64,000 nucleotides of DNA from Candidatus Latescibacterota bacterium (GCA_965208105.1 OZ242318.1:736001-800000), one strand, 5' to 3'. Shown: positions 1 through 10,540, numbered from the stretch's first letter. Program-made: numbers and translations. The notes: a model not told the origin generated them from the letters alone.

Positions 1-1
1 C

Positions 2-1099
2 GGCGAGCGCGCCGCCCTGGATGCCTATATCCTCAACCTCAAGGGCCAGCTGGCGGGCATCGCCGCCGCCGCGGACGGCCGGCGCCGACCCGCCCGGGCG
101 GCCGCCGGACGCGGCCGGGCAGCCATGGCCGTCAACCGCGAGGAACGCAACGAGGACGGCCGAATCCTGGTGGGCCGCAATCCCGGGGGCAGCAGCGATC
201 AAAGCGTGGAAGTGCTCCGGTTGGACGATCTGGAGGGCAATCCCATTGCGGTGCTCACGGGCTACGCCGCCCACCCGGTGGTGATGGGAATGGGCACCTG
301 CAAAATCAGCCAGGATTTTCCAGGGGTAGTGCGCCGAATCGTCGAGCGGGTCACCGGCGCCACCTGCCTCTACCTGACCGGGGCTGCCGGCAACCAGGCG
401 TGCTTTTCCTTCCTGCAGAGCGATTGGGGCGAGAAGGAGCGCATGGGAGGCCTGGTGGGATGCGAGGCCGCCCGCGTCTTCTTCACCATCGAGACCCGGC
501 CCCACCGCGAGGTGCGCCAGGTGGGGGCCTCCCTTTCCAATCTCGCGCTCTACCACAAGGAATTCCACGAGGGCCCGACCCACCAGGTCCTCAAGGCAGC
601 CAGCCGCGAGGTGACCGTGCCCCTGCAACCCCTGCCCGCCATTCGGAAGGCAGAGTCCCAACTGGCCGAGGCCAGGGCAAACTTGAGAAAGCTCGAGGAG
701 GAAGGGGCTCCCACCACCCAGACCTATCCGGCCCTCCTGGTGGTGGACTGGGCGAGGTTCCTGCTGGAGAAGGTGAAGGGCGGCGCGGCGCGGGAAGAAC
801 TGAAATTCGAAATCGTGGGGTACCGTCTCGACGACTTCGTCCTGGTGGGAATGCCAGGCGAGCCATTCGTGGAGATCGGACTGGGGACCAGGGAACGCTC
901 CAAGGCCAGGCACACCTTGTTCGCGGGCTACTGCAACGGGGTCCTGGCCTACTGGCCCACCGCCGAGACGGTTGCCCAGGGCGGTATGTCAGTCTCGGCC
1001 GCGGTCAGGTCCTACAAGATCCCGGCGCCGCCCACGGCCGAGACGGTTCCCATCATCGTGGCCGCCTTCGGGGAGCTGCTCGAGGAGCTGGGCTGCTAG
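2..1099 (+). CDS. neutral/alkaline ceramidase-like hydrolase (5'-partial)
   Basis: Frame is open from base 2. Motifs VNR, YAAHPV, ISQDFPG, YLTGAAGN, GMPGEPFVEIG and GYCNG are typical of the family. Confidence 0.7.
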   Translation, partial: GERAALDAYILNLKGQLAGIAAAADGRRRPARAAAGRGRAAMAVNREERNEDGRILVGRNPGGSSDQSVEVLRLDDLEGNPIAVLTGYAAHPVVMGMGTCKISQDFPGVVRRIVERVTGATCLYLTGAAGNQACFSFLQSDWGEKERMGGLVGCEAARVFFTIETRPHREVRQVGASLSNLALYHKEFHEGPTHQVLKAASREVTVPLQPLPAIRKAESQLAEARANLRKLEEEGAPTTQTYPALLVVDWARFLLEKVKGGAAREELKFEIVGYRLDDFVLVGMPGEPFVEIGLGTRERSKARHTLFAGYCNGVLAYWPTAETVAQGGMSVSAAVRSYKIPAPPTAETVPIIVAAFGELLEELGC

Positions 1100-1860
1100 A
1101 CGCAGCCCTCGTAGTCGCGGCCGCGGAGCAGGGGGTAGTCTGGCTTGGCGCCGGGCTCTCCGGTCCAGCGCGAGCGCGCAGTCATGTAGTGGGTGGCCAA
1201 TCCGCGGCGACGGTGCGGGGTGAGGTTGGGGCCGGAGCGGTGAAGCAGGAGACTGTGGTGAAAGGAGCAGCCTCCCATCCTCATGGTGATGGCCGTCTCC
1301 TTGCCGCGGTCGAAAGCCGAATCGGGTACGTGCTTGTCCTCCCGATCGCCCACCATCCAGGCCTCGCTGTGATCGACCAGGCCATCCCGGTGGCTGCCCG
1401 GAACAACCCACATGCAGCCGTTCTCGATGGTCACGTCGTCCAGTGCGACCCAGGAGCTGACCAGCGCCATGGGGTCGATGTTGAAATAGGCGGAGTCCTG
1501 GTGGTAGGTCTTCTCCATGCCTCCGGGCGGCTTCATGAACAACTGGTCGCCGAAGAACTTGATATCCTGTCCGAGCAAGGCCTCAACCACCTCCAGTATG
1601 GCGGGGTTGCGGGCATGTTGCAGGAAAAAGGGATCGTGCTCGGCGCAGCTGTTGATCTTGCGCAAATTATCTATGTTGCGCCTGTGTTCCTTCGCCCCGG
1701 GCTCGTATTCGAGACCTTCCTCCGGGAAGGGAACCCGACCTGCGGCAATGTCCTCCACCCGCTGCCGCAGCGTCCCCACCTCGGTCTCGCTGAGCAGACC
1801 CTCCAGCACGAGAAAACCATCCCGGTGGTACTGTTCCACCTGCTCCTGGCTGAGCCTCAT
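1096..1860 (-). CDS. phytanoyl-CoA dioxygenase (PhyH) family Fe/2OG enzyme
   Basis: HQD facial triad, WVALDD..ENGCM.VVPGSH, distal HRSGPN..RR. Confidence 0.9.
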   Translation of the reverse strand: MRLSQEQVEQYHRDGFLVLEGLLSETEVGTLRQRVEDIAAGRVPFPEEGLEYEPGAKEHRRNIDNLRKINSCAEHDPFFLQHARNPAILEVVEALLGQDIKFFGDQLFMKPPGGMEKTYHQDSAYFNIDPMALVSSWVALDDVTIENGCMWVVPGSHRDGLVDHSEAWMVGDREDKHVPDSAFDRGKETAITMRMGGCSFHHSLLLHRSGPNLTPHRRRGLATHYMTARSRWTGEPGAKPDYPLLRGRDYEGCV

Positions 1861-1914
1861 GGTCCATTCCTCCTTATTTCCAGATTAGTAGAGAGGACAG
1901 TGTCCGTTTCTGCG

Positions 1915-2856
1915 CTAATGGCCGTGGGACAAAAAGCGCTCCGCCTCGATGGCTGCCATACAGCCGGTACCGGCCGCGGTCACGGCCTGGCGGTAGACGT
2001 GATCCTGGGCGTCCCCGCAGGCGAAGACCCCTTCGATTGCGGTGGCCGTTGCATCCGGCCTGGTGCTGATATAGCCCTGCTTGTCCATCTCCAGGTAGTC
2101 CTGGAAGAGCTGGGTGTTGGGGACGTGGCCTATGGCCATGAATACCCCCTCGCACGAATGCTCCCAGGTCCTGCCGCTGGGCACATCCCTGAGTCGCACC
2201 CCGCGTACGCTGAGTTCGCCGTCATTCTGCAGGATCTCCTCCACCACCGCATTGGTGACGAATTCAATCTTGGCGTTGTCCTCGGCGCGCTTGAGCATGA
2301 TCCTCGAGGCGCGGAACTCATCACGCCGGTGGACGATGGTTACCTTGGTGGCGAACTTGGTGAGGAAGGTCGCCTCCTCCATGGCCGAATCGCCGCCGCC
2401 CACCACCACGATATCCTTGCCCCGGAAGAAAAATCCATCGCAGGTGGCGCAGGCGGAAACCCCGTGCCCCATGAGCCGCTCCTCCGATTCCAGCCCCAGC
2501 AGCCTGGCGGACGCTCCGGTGGCGATGATCAGGGCGTCCCCGCTGAATGAGAGACCCTCCGCTTCGACCTTGAAAGGGCGCTCCCCCAGGTCCACCGCCC
2601 CTGCCGTCTTGTAGATGCACTCGGCTCCGAAGCGCCGCGCCTGGTCCCGCATCTTGTCCATCAGCTCCGGACCCATGATCCCGTCCGGAAATCCCGGATA
2701 GTTCTCAACGTCGGTGGTGATGGTAAGCTGTCCGCCCGGCTGCAGTCCTTCAAGGACCAGTGGTCTCAGGTCCGCGCGGGCGGCGTACAGGGCCGCTGTG
2801 AGCCCGGCGGGGCCGGAGCCGACGATGATCACCTTGTAGTGCTTCCTTTCCTGCAT
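1915..2856 (-). CDS. trxB: thioredoxin-disulfide reductase
   Basis: [47 protein letters not shown] 2856 chosen for an upstream CAGGAG SD. Confidence 0.97.
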   Translation of the reverse strand: MQERKHYKVIIVGSGPAGLTAALYAARADLRPLVLEGLQPGGQLTITTDVENYPGFPDGIMGPELMDKMRDQARRFGAECIYKTAGAVDLGERPFKVEAEGLSFSGDALIIATGASARLLGLESEERLMGHGVSACATCDGFFFRGKDIVVVGGGDSAMEEATFLTKFATKVTIVHRRDEFRASRIMLKRAEDNAKIEFVTNAVVEEILQNDGELSVRGVRLRDVPSGRTWEHSCEGVFMAIGHVPNTQLFQDYLEMDKQGYISTRPDATATAIEGVFACGDAQDHVYRQAVTAAGTGCMAAIEAERFLSHGH

Positions 2857-3209
2857 CCGCGACTCCTGGCCGGCACGGCCAACCATTTCACTAGCCCGAC
2901 TCCGGTGGGTCGGGCAAACACCTGCCGGCGGCGAACAGGCACGCCCCTTCGACAGCCTTCAACGCGGGCGGCCTGGAGAAATATAGACATAAATCGGTGC
3001 GCGCCAACCTGCCTGTCCCGGCATGAAGGAGGGGGGGATGGCGCGGGGCATTCCCCCAGCGAGAGAGCCGACCCGGCGGGAGTTGGCTCCGGCTCTTCCG
3101 GTGGACCCCAGCTTTCTCGCGGCGAATTGACAGCAGGACCACCTTTAATTACGATTGACGCAACACTGAGCAAGCTACCTTAAAGCAATGCAGAAGGAGC
3201 AAGGTGGAA

Positions 3210-5525
3210 ATGGCCAACAGTTACTCGGACTATCCGGAATTTACCGGCAACGGCAAGTACAAAGTGATCGGAACCCGGCCTGTGCGCCACGATGGGGTGG
3301 ACAAGGTCACCGGCCGCGCCATCTACGGCGCCGACGTTCGCCTCCCCGACCTGCTCTACGGCAAGGTCCTGCGCAGCCCCCATTCCCATGCCCGCATCCT
3401 CTCCATCGACACCAGCAAGGCTCTCGGCCTGGCCGGGGTCCGCGCAGTGGCAACGGCTGACGATCTCGTGGAAACGGTGGACAAGCTCTCCAGCATCGGC
3501 GAGACCCAGGTCAACATCCGCGAAGTCGCCCAGAATTCACTGGCCTCCGGCAAGGTCCTCTACAAGGGCCACGCGGTAGCCGCAGTGGCCGCCACAAGCC
3601 CTCACATCGCCGAGGAGGCCCTCGACCTGATCGAAGTGGAGTACGAGCCCCTGACTCCCGTCACGGACGTGCGCGACGCCATGAGGGACGACGCTCCCCT
3701 CCTCGACGAGGACAGGACGACCACGTCCATGGGCGAGGACACCGGCAAGAAGAGCAACATCGCCAGCCACATCCAATTCAAGATGGGCGACACCGGCCAA
3801 GGCTTTGCCGCAGCCGACATCGTCGTCGAGCGCGAGTTCACGACGGCCATGGTGCACCAGGGGTACATCGAGCCCCACAACACGACGGTCATCTGGAAGA
3901 ACGACGGAACAATTACCGTCTGGGTCAGCACTCAGGGGCCCTTTCAGATCCGCGCTCAGCTGTCCGAGGTCCTCCAGGTGCCCATCTCCAAGATCAAGGT
4001 CATTCCCTGCGAAATCGGGGGCGGCTTCGGCGGGAAGTTCCCCATCTACATGGAGCCGGCCGCGGCGGTCATGTCTCACAAAACGGGCCATCCGGTCAAG
4101 ATGATAATGAGCCGTTCCGAGGTTTTCGAGGCCAGCGGACCGGCGCCGGGCAGCTACACCCGGGTCAAGATGGGGGCCAGGGAGGACGGCACCATCGTCG
4201 CCGCCGAGATCTACACGGCCTACGAGGCAGGCGCCTTTCCCGGGTCGTCGGTCGGCGCCGGAGCACAGTGCATCCTGGCGCCATATTACATTGAGAACGT
4301 GATCATCGACGGCTACGACGTGGTCTCCAACAAACCCAAATCCACTGCCTACCGCGCCCCGGGCGCGCCCCAGGCCGCTTTCGCCTCGGAGAGCGTCATT
4401 GACGAAATCGCCGCGAAGCTGGGTCTGGACCCGCTGGAGCTGCGACTGAAGAACGCCGCGCGCGAGGGCACCCGCCGGGCTGACGGAACGGTATACAGCC
4501 GCATCGGCTGCGAGGAGACGGTGCAGGCGGCCATCGCCAGCGATCACTTCAAGTCCCCTCCGCCACGGGGTCCCTGGCGCGGCAGGGGTGTGGCCTCGGG
4601 CTTCTGGTTCAACGGCGGCGGCCAGTCCTCGGCCACCATAAGCGTCAGCACGGACGGCACCGTCAACCTCCTCGAGGGTTCGGTGGACATCGGCGGCTCG
4701 CGCGCCGCCATGGCGATGATCGTGGCCGAAACCCTGGGGCTCAAGGCGGACGAGGTCAACCCCATGGTGGCCGACACCGACTCCATCGGTTACCACGACG
4801 GAACGGGCGGCAGCCGGGTGGCATACGCCACAGGTTACGCCTGCTACCTGGCCGCCCGGGACATCTCCGAGAAAATGTGCGTGCGCGCCGCCCGCCAGCT
4901 TGAAGTGGAAGAGGGCGATGTGCAGTTCGACGGCGGCACCTTCGCGTGCAAATCCGATCCGGGGAGGAAGCTGACCTTCAAGGAGGTGGCAGCCGAGCAG
5001 GGAAGCACCGGCGGCCCCATTGAGGGCTCCGGATCGATCAACAGCAACGGGCCGGGGAATGCCTTTGCCACCCACATTGTCGACGTGGAGGTAGACCCCG
5101 AGACCGGCAAGGTCAAGATTCTGCGCTACACCGCCGTGCAGGACGTGGGCAAGGCCATCCATCCCAGCTACGTCGAGGGTCAGATGCAGGGCGGGGTTGT
5201 CCAGGGCATCGGCTGGGCCCTTACCGAAGGCTATTTCTTCAACCAGGACGGCAGCATGGCCAACTCAACCTTTCTCGATTACCGCATGCCCACCACCCTG
5301 GACCTGCCCCTGGTCGAGACGGTGCTGGTGGAGGTTCCCAATCCGGGAAGTCCACACGGTATTCGCGGCGTCGGCGAAGTGCCCATAGTACCGCCAATGG
5401 CCGCCGTCGGCAACGCCATCTACCAGGCGACCGGATGCCGCCTGCAGGACCTGCCAATGACTCCCGACAACATAGTCGCCGCCCTGCAGGCCAGACGGGG
5501 AGAATTTCAGGAAGCTGCCGGATAG
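3210..5525 (+). CDS. xanthine dehydrogenase family molybdopterin-binding subunit
   Basis: DKVTGRAIY, STQG, GGGFGGK, AYRAPG, GQMQGG, GVGE motifs. Confidence 0.93.
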   Translation: MANSYSDYPEFTGNGKYKVIGTRPVRHDGVDKVTGRAIYGADVRLPDLLYGKVLRSPHSHARILSIDTSKALGLAGVRAVATADDLVETVDKLSSIGETQVNIREVAQNSLASGKVLYKGHAVAAVAATSPHIAEEALDLIEVEYEPLTPVTDVRDAMRDDAPLLDEDRTTTSMGEDTGKKSNIASHIQFKMGDTGQGFAAADIVVEREFTTAMVHQGYIEPHNTTVIWKNDGTITVWVSTQGPFQIRAQLSEVLQVPISKIKVIPCEIGGGFGGKFPIYMEPAAAVMSHKTGHPVKMIMSRSEVFEASGPAPGSYTRVKMGAREDGTIVAAEIYTAYEAGAFPGSSVGAGAQCILAPYYIENVIIDGYDVVSNKPKSTAYRAPGAPQAAFASESVIDEIAAKLGLDPLELRLKNAAREGTRRADGTVYSRIGCEETVQAAIASDHFKSPPPRGPWRGRGVASGFWFNGGGQSSATISVSTDGTVNLLEGSVDIGGSRAAMAMIVAETLGLKADEVNPMVADTDSIGYHDGTGGSRVAYATGYACYLAARDISEKMCVRAARQLEVEEGDVQFDGGTFACKSDPGRKLTFKEVAAEQGSTGGPIEGSGSINSNGPGNAFATHIVDVEVDPETGKVKILRYTAVQDVGKAIHPSYVEGQMQGGVVQGIGWALTEGYFFNQDGSMANSTFLDYRMPTTLDLPLVETVLVEVPNPGSPHGIRGVGEVPIVPPMAAVGNAIYQATGCRLQDLPMTPDNIVAALQARRGEFQEAAG

Positions 5526-5599
5526 CACTTCGACCGCCATTTACGGAGAATTGCCCGAGCCACCTCTCCGGGTGGCCGGGCATTTTCCTGCCGCAACCC

Positions 5600-6448
5600 A
5601 TGTCCGCCTCGATAGACCCCCAATTCTTTCTTCGAACCATGTTGCCGGTGGTGCGGCAGTGCGCCCGCGCCTCCCTCATTTTCTATGGACAGATCGCCGA
5701 TATCGGCAAGGCCGCCGACACCAGCCTGACCGGCTCGTTGGCGCAGCGGGCTTCCAGCGTCCTTACCGCCATCGACAGCGCCGTCCAGGACATAATCCTC
5801 AGCGTCGTGCTCCAGCACTTCCCGGGCATCAGGTGCATCGCCGAGGAGAACACTCCTCTCAAAAGGAGATTCGCCGGCAACGACTCCCCCTACGCCCTCA
5901 TCCTCGACCCGATTGACGGCACCGTCCACTTCCAGAAGGGGGACGCGCCCTACCACATCTCACTTGGTCTTGCCCGTGAGGGAGGAATGGTCGCTGCCAT
6001 AGTGGCCCGTCCCAACGAGGACAAGATCTTCACCGCGTTGCGCGGCCGCGGCGCCTACCTTCGCCAGGGCAATGGCCGGCCCCGGCGCTTGCGCCTGGGC
6101 AAGAGGCCGCGCACCAACAGGATCTTCATCTCATCGAAAGCGCGAGCCTACCAGGAGGCGGTGCGTCCGGACCTGGAGCCCCGCGAGTACCCCATCGGTG
6201 CCGCCCTGGTACTGACCCAGGTGGCAGAGGGCGAGCTGTGCGCCTACCTGACCCGCCAGGTCGAGGTCTACGACGTGGGGCCTCCCTCCCTGATCGCCAC
6301 CGAGGCCGGGGCGCGCTGCGCCCTCAGGGGAGGCCAGGCGCCGCGCTATCACCACAGCCGCAAATTCTCCTACTACATGTGCACTGCGTCCCGGGAACTC
6401 GAATCCACCCTCGCCCAGCTCCTGCAATCGCGCAGGAAACAGGCATAG
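5600..6448 (+). CDS. inositol monophosphatase family protein
   Basis: AEE and LDPIDGT metal-binding motifs; YDVG..LIATEAGA. Confidence 0.85.
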   Translation: MSASIDPQFFLRTMLPVVRQCARASLIFYGQIADIGKAADTSLTGSLAQRASSVLTAIDSAVQDIILSVVLQHFPGIRCIAEENTPLKRRFAGNDSPYALILDPIDGTVHFQKGDAPYHISLGLAREGGMVAAIVARPNEDKIFTALRGRGAYLRQGNGRPRRLRLGKRPRTNRIFISSKARAYQEAVRPDLEPREYPIGAALVLTQVAEGELCAYLTRQVEVYDVGPPSLIATEAGARCALRGGQAPRYHHSRKFSYYMCTASRELESTLAQLLQSRRKQA

Positions 6449-6507
6449 ATTGATCAACATACTGTAAATTAAAATCTTACATCAAGTACCAGGAAATGGG
6501 CTTGCGC

Positions 6508-6536
6508 TTGACACGGCCATGGTAATTACTTATTAT
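6508..6536 (+). promoter_or_regulatory. sigma70-type promoter
   Basis: TTGACA-17 bp-TATTAT. Confidence 0.7.
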
Positions 6537-6542
6537 CTGTGG

Positions 6543-6656
6543 ACGAGAGTGGCCTGAATTCACGTCGGGAATGCCCCACCGGAAGTTTTCCACTAATATG
6601 TGGAACTTCGACAATACTTTCGCGGCATTCTGGTGAGTTGGTCGCTCTTTTTTTTT
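6543..6656 (+). ncRNA. candidate structured rod-shaped ncRNA or leader ending in a U-tract
   Basis: Nested complementary segments gagagtggcc/ggtcgctctt, aattcac/gtgagtt, gaatgcc/ggcattc and gaag(tt)ttccac/gtggaacttc. Lies directly after a promoter and ends in T9. Confidence 0.5.
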
Positions 6657-6665
6657 ATTTTCACC

Positions 6666-9410
6666 ATGAACCCTCCCCGACACTTCATCCTTGTCCTGCC
6701 CCTTCTGCTTGGGGCCTTGCCCCGGGTGGAAGCCGGGGCGCAGATTCTGCAAATCCACCCCCAATCCCTGGATTTCGGCACGGTGAAAATCGGCCTCCGG
6801 CTGCAGGAGAGGGTTCTGCTCAAAAATACCGGGGAGGCGGACCTCGAGGTCCTGGTGCGCCTGCGGGGAGACCGGTTCAGCGCATCTCCCGACACCTTGC
6901 TTCTCGAGAGCCAGGCCGAGGGATCGGTGGAGGTCGGCTTCACCGCGGCGGCAGAGGGTTCCTACACGGGCGAACTGGCCTTGCAGGCAATGGGGCTCCC
7001 CACCAGTGAGAGTCTCACGGTAACTTTGCGGGGGGCTGCAGCCCGTTCCGGCTTGCGCATCACCCCCGACCCCGCCCGGGGTCTCCAGGTTGAGCCCACG
7101 GCCATAGGAGCCAGGAGCCGGCACAGTCTCACCCTGGCCAACCCCAGCCCGGTTCCACTTTGCGTCGACAGCCTCACCCTCCACCCTGCCACCGGTCCCT
7201 TCCATCTCGGTCACCGCGGACCTCTGCAGCTGCATCCGGGCCAGGAAAGGAAGGTGGACCTGATCTTCGCACCCGGGCACGGCGGGAGATTCGAGCACAG
7301 GCTCGTGGTCCACTCCGCCGATCTGGACCCGGAGGATGTCGGAATTACCCTCGAGGGAGAGGGACTGGCTCCCATCGCCTCCTTCTCTCCCCATCCCCGG
7401 GTGGGAATGGACTTCGGCAGCGTGGAGCTGGGCAAGAGCGTGGAGCGCCCACTCACCGTCCTCAACCTGGGAAGGTCCAACCTCCGCATCGAGGGGCTCC
7501 ACATATCCGGACAGTCCTTCACCGCTTCCTGGGAGGAATCGCCGGACACCTCGGTGGCTGCGGGGGCCCAGGTCCAGGTGGGAATCGCCTTTAATCCATA
7601 TCGGGAAGGATCGTCCAGCGCCACCCTGACCCTGCGCACCAACGACCCCGACCAGCTCAGCGTGGAGATTCCTCTGTCGGCCACTGCCCGGATCAGCCCG
7701 GCGCAGATCGAAATCCTCAACGAGGACCCCATCGACTTCGGCGGGGTAGCTCTCGGCGACTATGCCAGGGACCGCCTGCTGTTGTGGAACAGGGGCGGCC
7801 GTCCCCACGCGGTGGAGGCGCGCATCGAGGACGGCAGGGAGCGGGAGTTCCTCCTCGAATCGCCGGCGCCGCTGCTGCAGGCCGGAGGCAGCAAAGGCAT
7901 CCCGCTCAAATTCTCTCCGCGCGAGGGAGGCGAGCGCCGCGCCGTGCTCGTGGTGGAAACCGAAAGGGGTCCCCGGCGGGTTTCCTTGCGAGGCTATGGT
8001 CAGTTTCTCAAGCTGAGCCCCGCCGCGCTCGACTTCGACCGCGTCGCCGTGGGGGAAAGCAACAGCCTGGTAGTCGAGCTCCTCAACGAGGGCAACGTCG
8101 ATTTCACCGTAGAGGGGATCGATTCCTCCAACGAGGACTTTACCGCCCACACCGAGATAGGCTCCGCAGACAAGGTCATCCTGCCTGCCCACGGCCAGCG
8201 CTCCCTGCCCCTCGGGGTTACCTTCTCTCCTTCCGCCCGCGGCGCCGTTTCCTCCGCCCTGCGCGTCGCAGGCTACTGGGAAGAAGGCAGGGAAACCCTG
8301 GAGATTCTGCTCACCGGAAAAGGGGTTGCGGGACAGATCGACCTGCATCCGCCAGGACCGCTCGAGTTCGGCCACGTGGTGCTGGGAGAAAGAGAGGCAC
8401 TAGCCCTTGTCGCGACCAACAGCGGCGACAGCGAATCCAGGGTAGAGGGGCGTTCCCTCAGCAGCGAAGCCCGCCTTGAGCCGGCGGTCTTCACCCTGCA
8501 GCCGGGGGAGTCAGCCCCCCTGAAGCTATACTTCAGTCCTGCGGCATTGGGGGAGCGCCACGCCCAGGTCCTTTTGATCAGCGATGGAATCAAGGAAAGG
8601 GCGCGGCCCATCCAGATCAAAGGCAAGGGGGCCCTCGAGGACATCGACCTGTCCAGAATCACCACCATCACCACGGTGCGCCGGTCGCGGACCGACACCC
8701 TGGAGGTGGAATGGGACAATACACCGTTCATCGTCCCCGATGAAAGCAAGATCCATCTGTTCTTCTCAAGCGTGGATTCTCTGCGCAATGCCCTGGTGGG
8801 GCGCAAGCTGGCGGTGGAGTGGGTAAAGTTGGACCACAACTACGACCCCAAGGGCAGCGTCAGGAGGACCGAGCTGCGGATCTACGAGTCGAGCCGGGGC
8901 GACCTCGAGTTGGAGGACTTCAACCTTCGCCTGCAGGAATCATCCAACAAGCGGGTCAGGCTCCAGGTGACCAGCCGCAGTCACCCCGGCGCCGCGCCCC
9001 AGAGCATCTCGCAAATCTTTGAGGTCGGCGGCTGGAAATGGGAATTCGAAGCCAAGCCCCTGGTATCGTTCCTGACCATACGTCCGGGACGCAGCCACAG
9101 GAACGCGGACGGGACGATTGTGAAAGGAAAGACCGAGCGTCTGATCGGCCTTCCCGGCCTTGCCTTCGCCGGGTGGCACAATCCGGAAAATCAATCCATC
9201 TCGGGGATTCATTTCACCGCCATCGGCAACGTTCTCGAAGCCCTGTCCACGGACAACTCCATCGCCATCTCCCTGGGTCTCGCGGTCTCCCTCTACAAGG
9301 ACAAATTTCTCATAGGCTGTGGATGGGACGTCTACGACAGCCGCCCCAGGGCCAGGCGCGAGGGCACCCAGGACTACCTCATGACCTTCAAGTACTCAGG
9401 GCTGTTCTGA
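6666..9410 (+). CDS. secreted/surface protein with ~6 choice-of-anchor-D (ASH/Hydin-type Ig-like) repeats
   Basis: Signal peptide. Repeated LDFG.V.xG....L.l.N.G...L.v...F.P units. Beta-rich C-terminus ending in Phe. Confidence 0.75.
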   Translation: MNPPRHFILVLPLLLGALPRVEAGAQILQIHPQSLDFGTVKIGLRLQERVLLKNTGEADLEVLVRLRGDRFSASPDTLLLESQAEGSVEVGFTAAAEGSYTGELALQAMGLPTSESLTVTLRGAAARSGLRITPDPARGLQVEPTAIGARSRHSLTLANPSPVPLCVDSLTLHPATGPFHLGHRGPLQLHPGQERKVDLIFAPGHGGRFEHRLVVHSADLDPEDVGITLEGEGLAPIASFSPHPRVGMDFGSVELGKSVERPLTVLNLGRSNLRIEGLHISGQSFTASWEESPDTSVAAGAQVQVGIAFNPYREGSSSATLTLRTNDPDQLSVEIPLSATARISPAQIEILNEDPIDFGGVALGDYARDRLLLWNRGGRPHAVEARIEDGREREFLLESPAPLLQAGGSKGIPLKFSPREGGERRAVLVVETERGPRRVSLRGYGQFLKLSPAALDFDRVAVGESNSLVVELLNEGNVDFTVEGIDSSNEDFTAHTEIGSADKVILPAHGQRSLPLGVTFSPSARGAVSSALRVAGYWEEGRETLEILLTGKGVAGQIDLHPPGPLEFGHVVLGEREALALVATNSGDSESRVEGRSLSSEARLEPAVFTLQPGESAPLKLYFSPAALGERHAQVLLISDGIKERARPIQIKGKGALEDIDLSRITTITTVRRSRTDTLEVEWDNTPFIVPDESKIHLFFSSVDSLRNALVGRKLAVEWVKLDHNYDPKGSVRRTELRIYESSRGDLELEDFNLRLQESSNKRVRLQVTSRSHPGAAPQSISQIFEVGGWKWEFEAKPLVSFLTIRPGRSHRNADGTIVKGKTERLIGLPGLAFAGWHNPENQSISGIHFTAIGNVLEALSTDNSIAISLGLAVSLYKDKFLIGCGWDVYDSRPRARREGTQDYLMTFKYSGLF

Positions 9411-10400
9411 TGTCACCTGGGCACCTTGCCCCGCAACGAGCTTCTCGTAAATCCCGATGGCCGAACACAGGTCCTGTACCGCAAGTCCGGTCAGGTAGAC
9501 CAGGCGAGGGACTTCCGTGCGGGGCTGCAGTCGACCGCAGGCGGCATCGCCCACGTTAAGTATCCTTCCCGCTTCATCCCTGGCAAAGGAAATGAGCTCG
9601 AACCGTCCCGCTGCCAGCGCATGTTTGAACTCGCCGGAATGCCTGGCCTGCCCCAATTCATCAACCACAACCTCCCGCTGCTCCATAACCTCCTGAGGCA
9701 ACTGACGGGTGCGGCCGTCTCCCCCCAGGACCACTAGACAGGGAATCCCCTCCAGTGCTTCAACGGAGAAGATCGGCCGGGGGGTTGGCACCGCCGCGAT
9801 CACGGCGTCGGCGCCGTCGATGCAGGTTTCAATGCTGTCGGCGAGGTTCAGTGAAGCTCGCAGACGTTTCTCCATGGCCAGGGCGAACTTCTCCCGGTTC
9901 CGGGTGCTCCGGCTGGTGACCCCGATTTCCTCGAGATCGAAAAGCCGGTCCAGGGCGGGGGCCAGTGCCCTTGCTATGCGGCCCGTGCCGACAAGGCCGA
10001 CCCGGCGCAGCGGCAACGGCGCGAGGTACTTGAGGCCGAGGGCGCCGGCGGCGCCCGTCCGCATGTCGGTGAGGTAGTCGGCCTCCATGGAGACCGCTCT
10101 GTCCCGGCGCAAATCTTTCAGGGTGAGGGAGGCGGTGCGCGTTTCCAACCGGCCCCGACCCACGTCCGACCATTCCTCTATAATCTTGCAAGCCCGGTAT
10201 CTCCCGGGCCATCGCGCCGCCATCTCCAGGCGAAAGTATCCCAGCCCCTTCTGCTTTTCGATCACCTCCAGTCTCGGCGAGTTCAACAACACCCCCTGTC
10301 CATGAAGCCGAAACGCCCGGTCGCAGGCGGCAAGAAAATCGTCGACGCGGAAAAGGGATCGGAGCTCATCTTCGCCTATAGAAAGCAGCGTGTCCACCAC
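9396..10400 (-). CDS. ornithine cyclodeaminase/mu-crystallin family protein
   Basis: LTDMRTGAAGALG, GTGRIAR, GLAVQD. GTG start at 10400/10397 after GGAGG. Confidence 0.8.
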   Translation of the reverse strand: MVDTLLSIGEDELRSLFRVDDFLAACDRAFRLHGQGVLLNSPRLEVIEKQKGLGYFRLEMAARWPGRYRACKIIEEWSDVGRGRLETRTASLTLKDLRRDRAVSMEADYLTDMRTGAAGALGLKYLAPLPLRRVGLVGTGRIARALAPALDRLFDLEEIGVTSRSTRNREKFALAMEKRLRASLNLADSIETCIDGADAVIAAVPTPRPIFSVEALEGIPCLVVLGGDGRTRQLPQEVMEQREVVVDELGQARHSGEFKHALAAGRFELISFARDEAGRILNVGDAACGRLQPRTEVPRLVYLTGLAVQDLCSAIGIYEKLVAGQGAQVTSEQP

Positions 10401-10540
10401 TCTTCCTCCGGGCCAGGCCCGCGGTGGAGTCGGCAGAAATTCCCCCGATTCCCGGGGTCCACCCGCTCGCCGCAGCCTTGCCAAATGCTTCAGGGATTCC
10501 GAAACGGAGTCTCGATAAAGATATGCGGACCAGGATCCTC

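Noticed and set aside
400-2550. 716-aa plus-strand ORF and similar long ORFs (3537-5162, 6477-8375, 18217-19887, 45546-47252, 60553-62703)
   Set aside because: Antisense or alternate-frame shadows of well-supported genes in high-GC DNA; no motifs.
3040-3200. Moco riboswitch upstream of the Mo-enzyme gene
   Set aside because: Some GC pairing (gagagccg/cggctctt) but no recognisable Moco motif elements.
6543-6656. SRP (4.5S) RNA identity for the hairpin
   Set aside because: Lacks the conserved CAGG..GNRA..AGCAG helix-8 motif.
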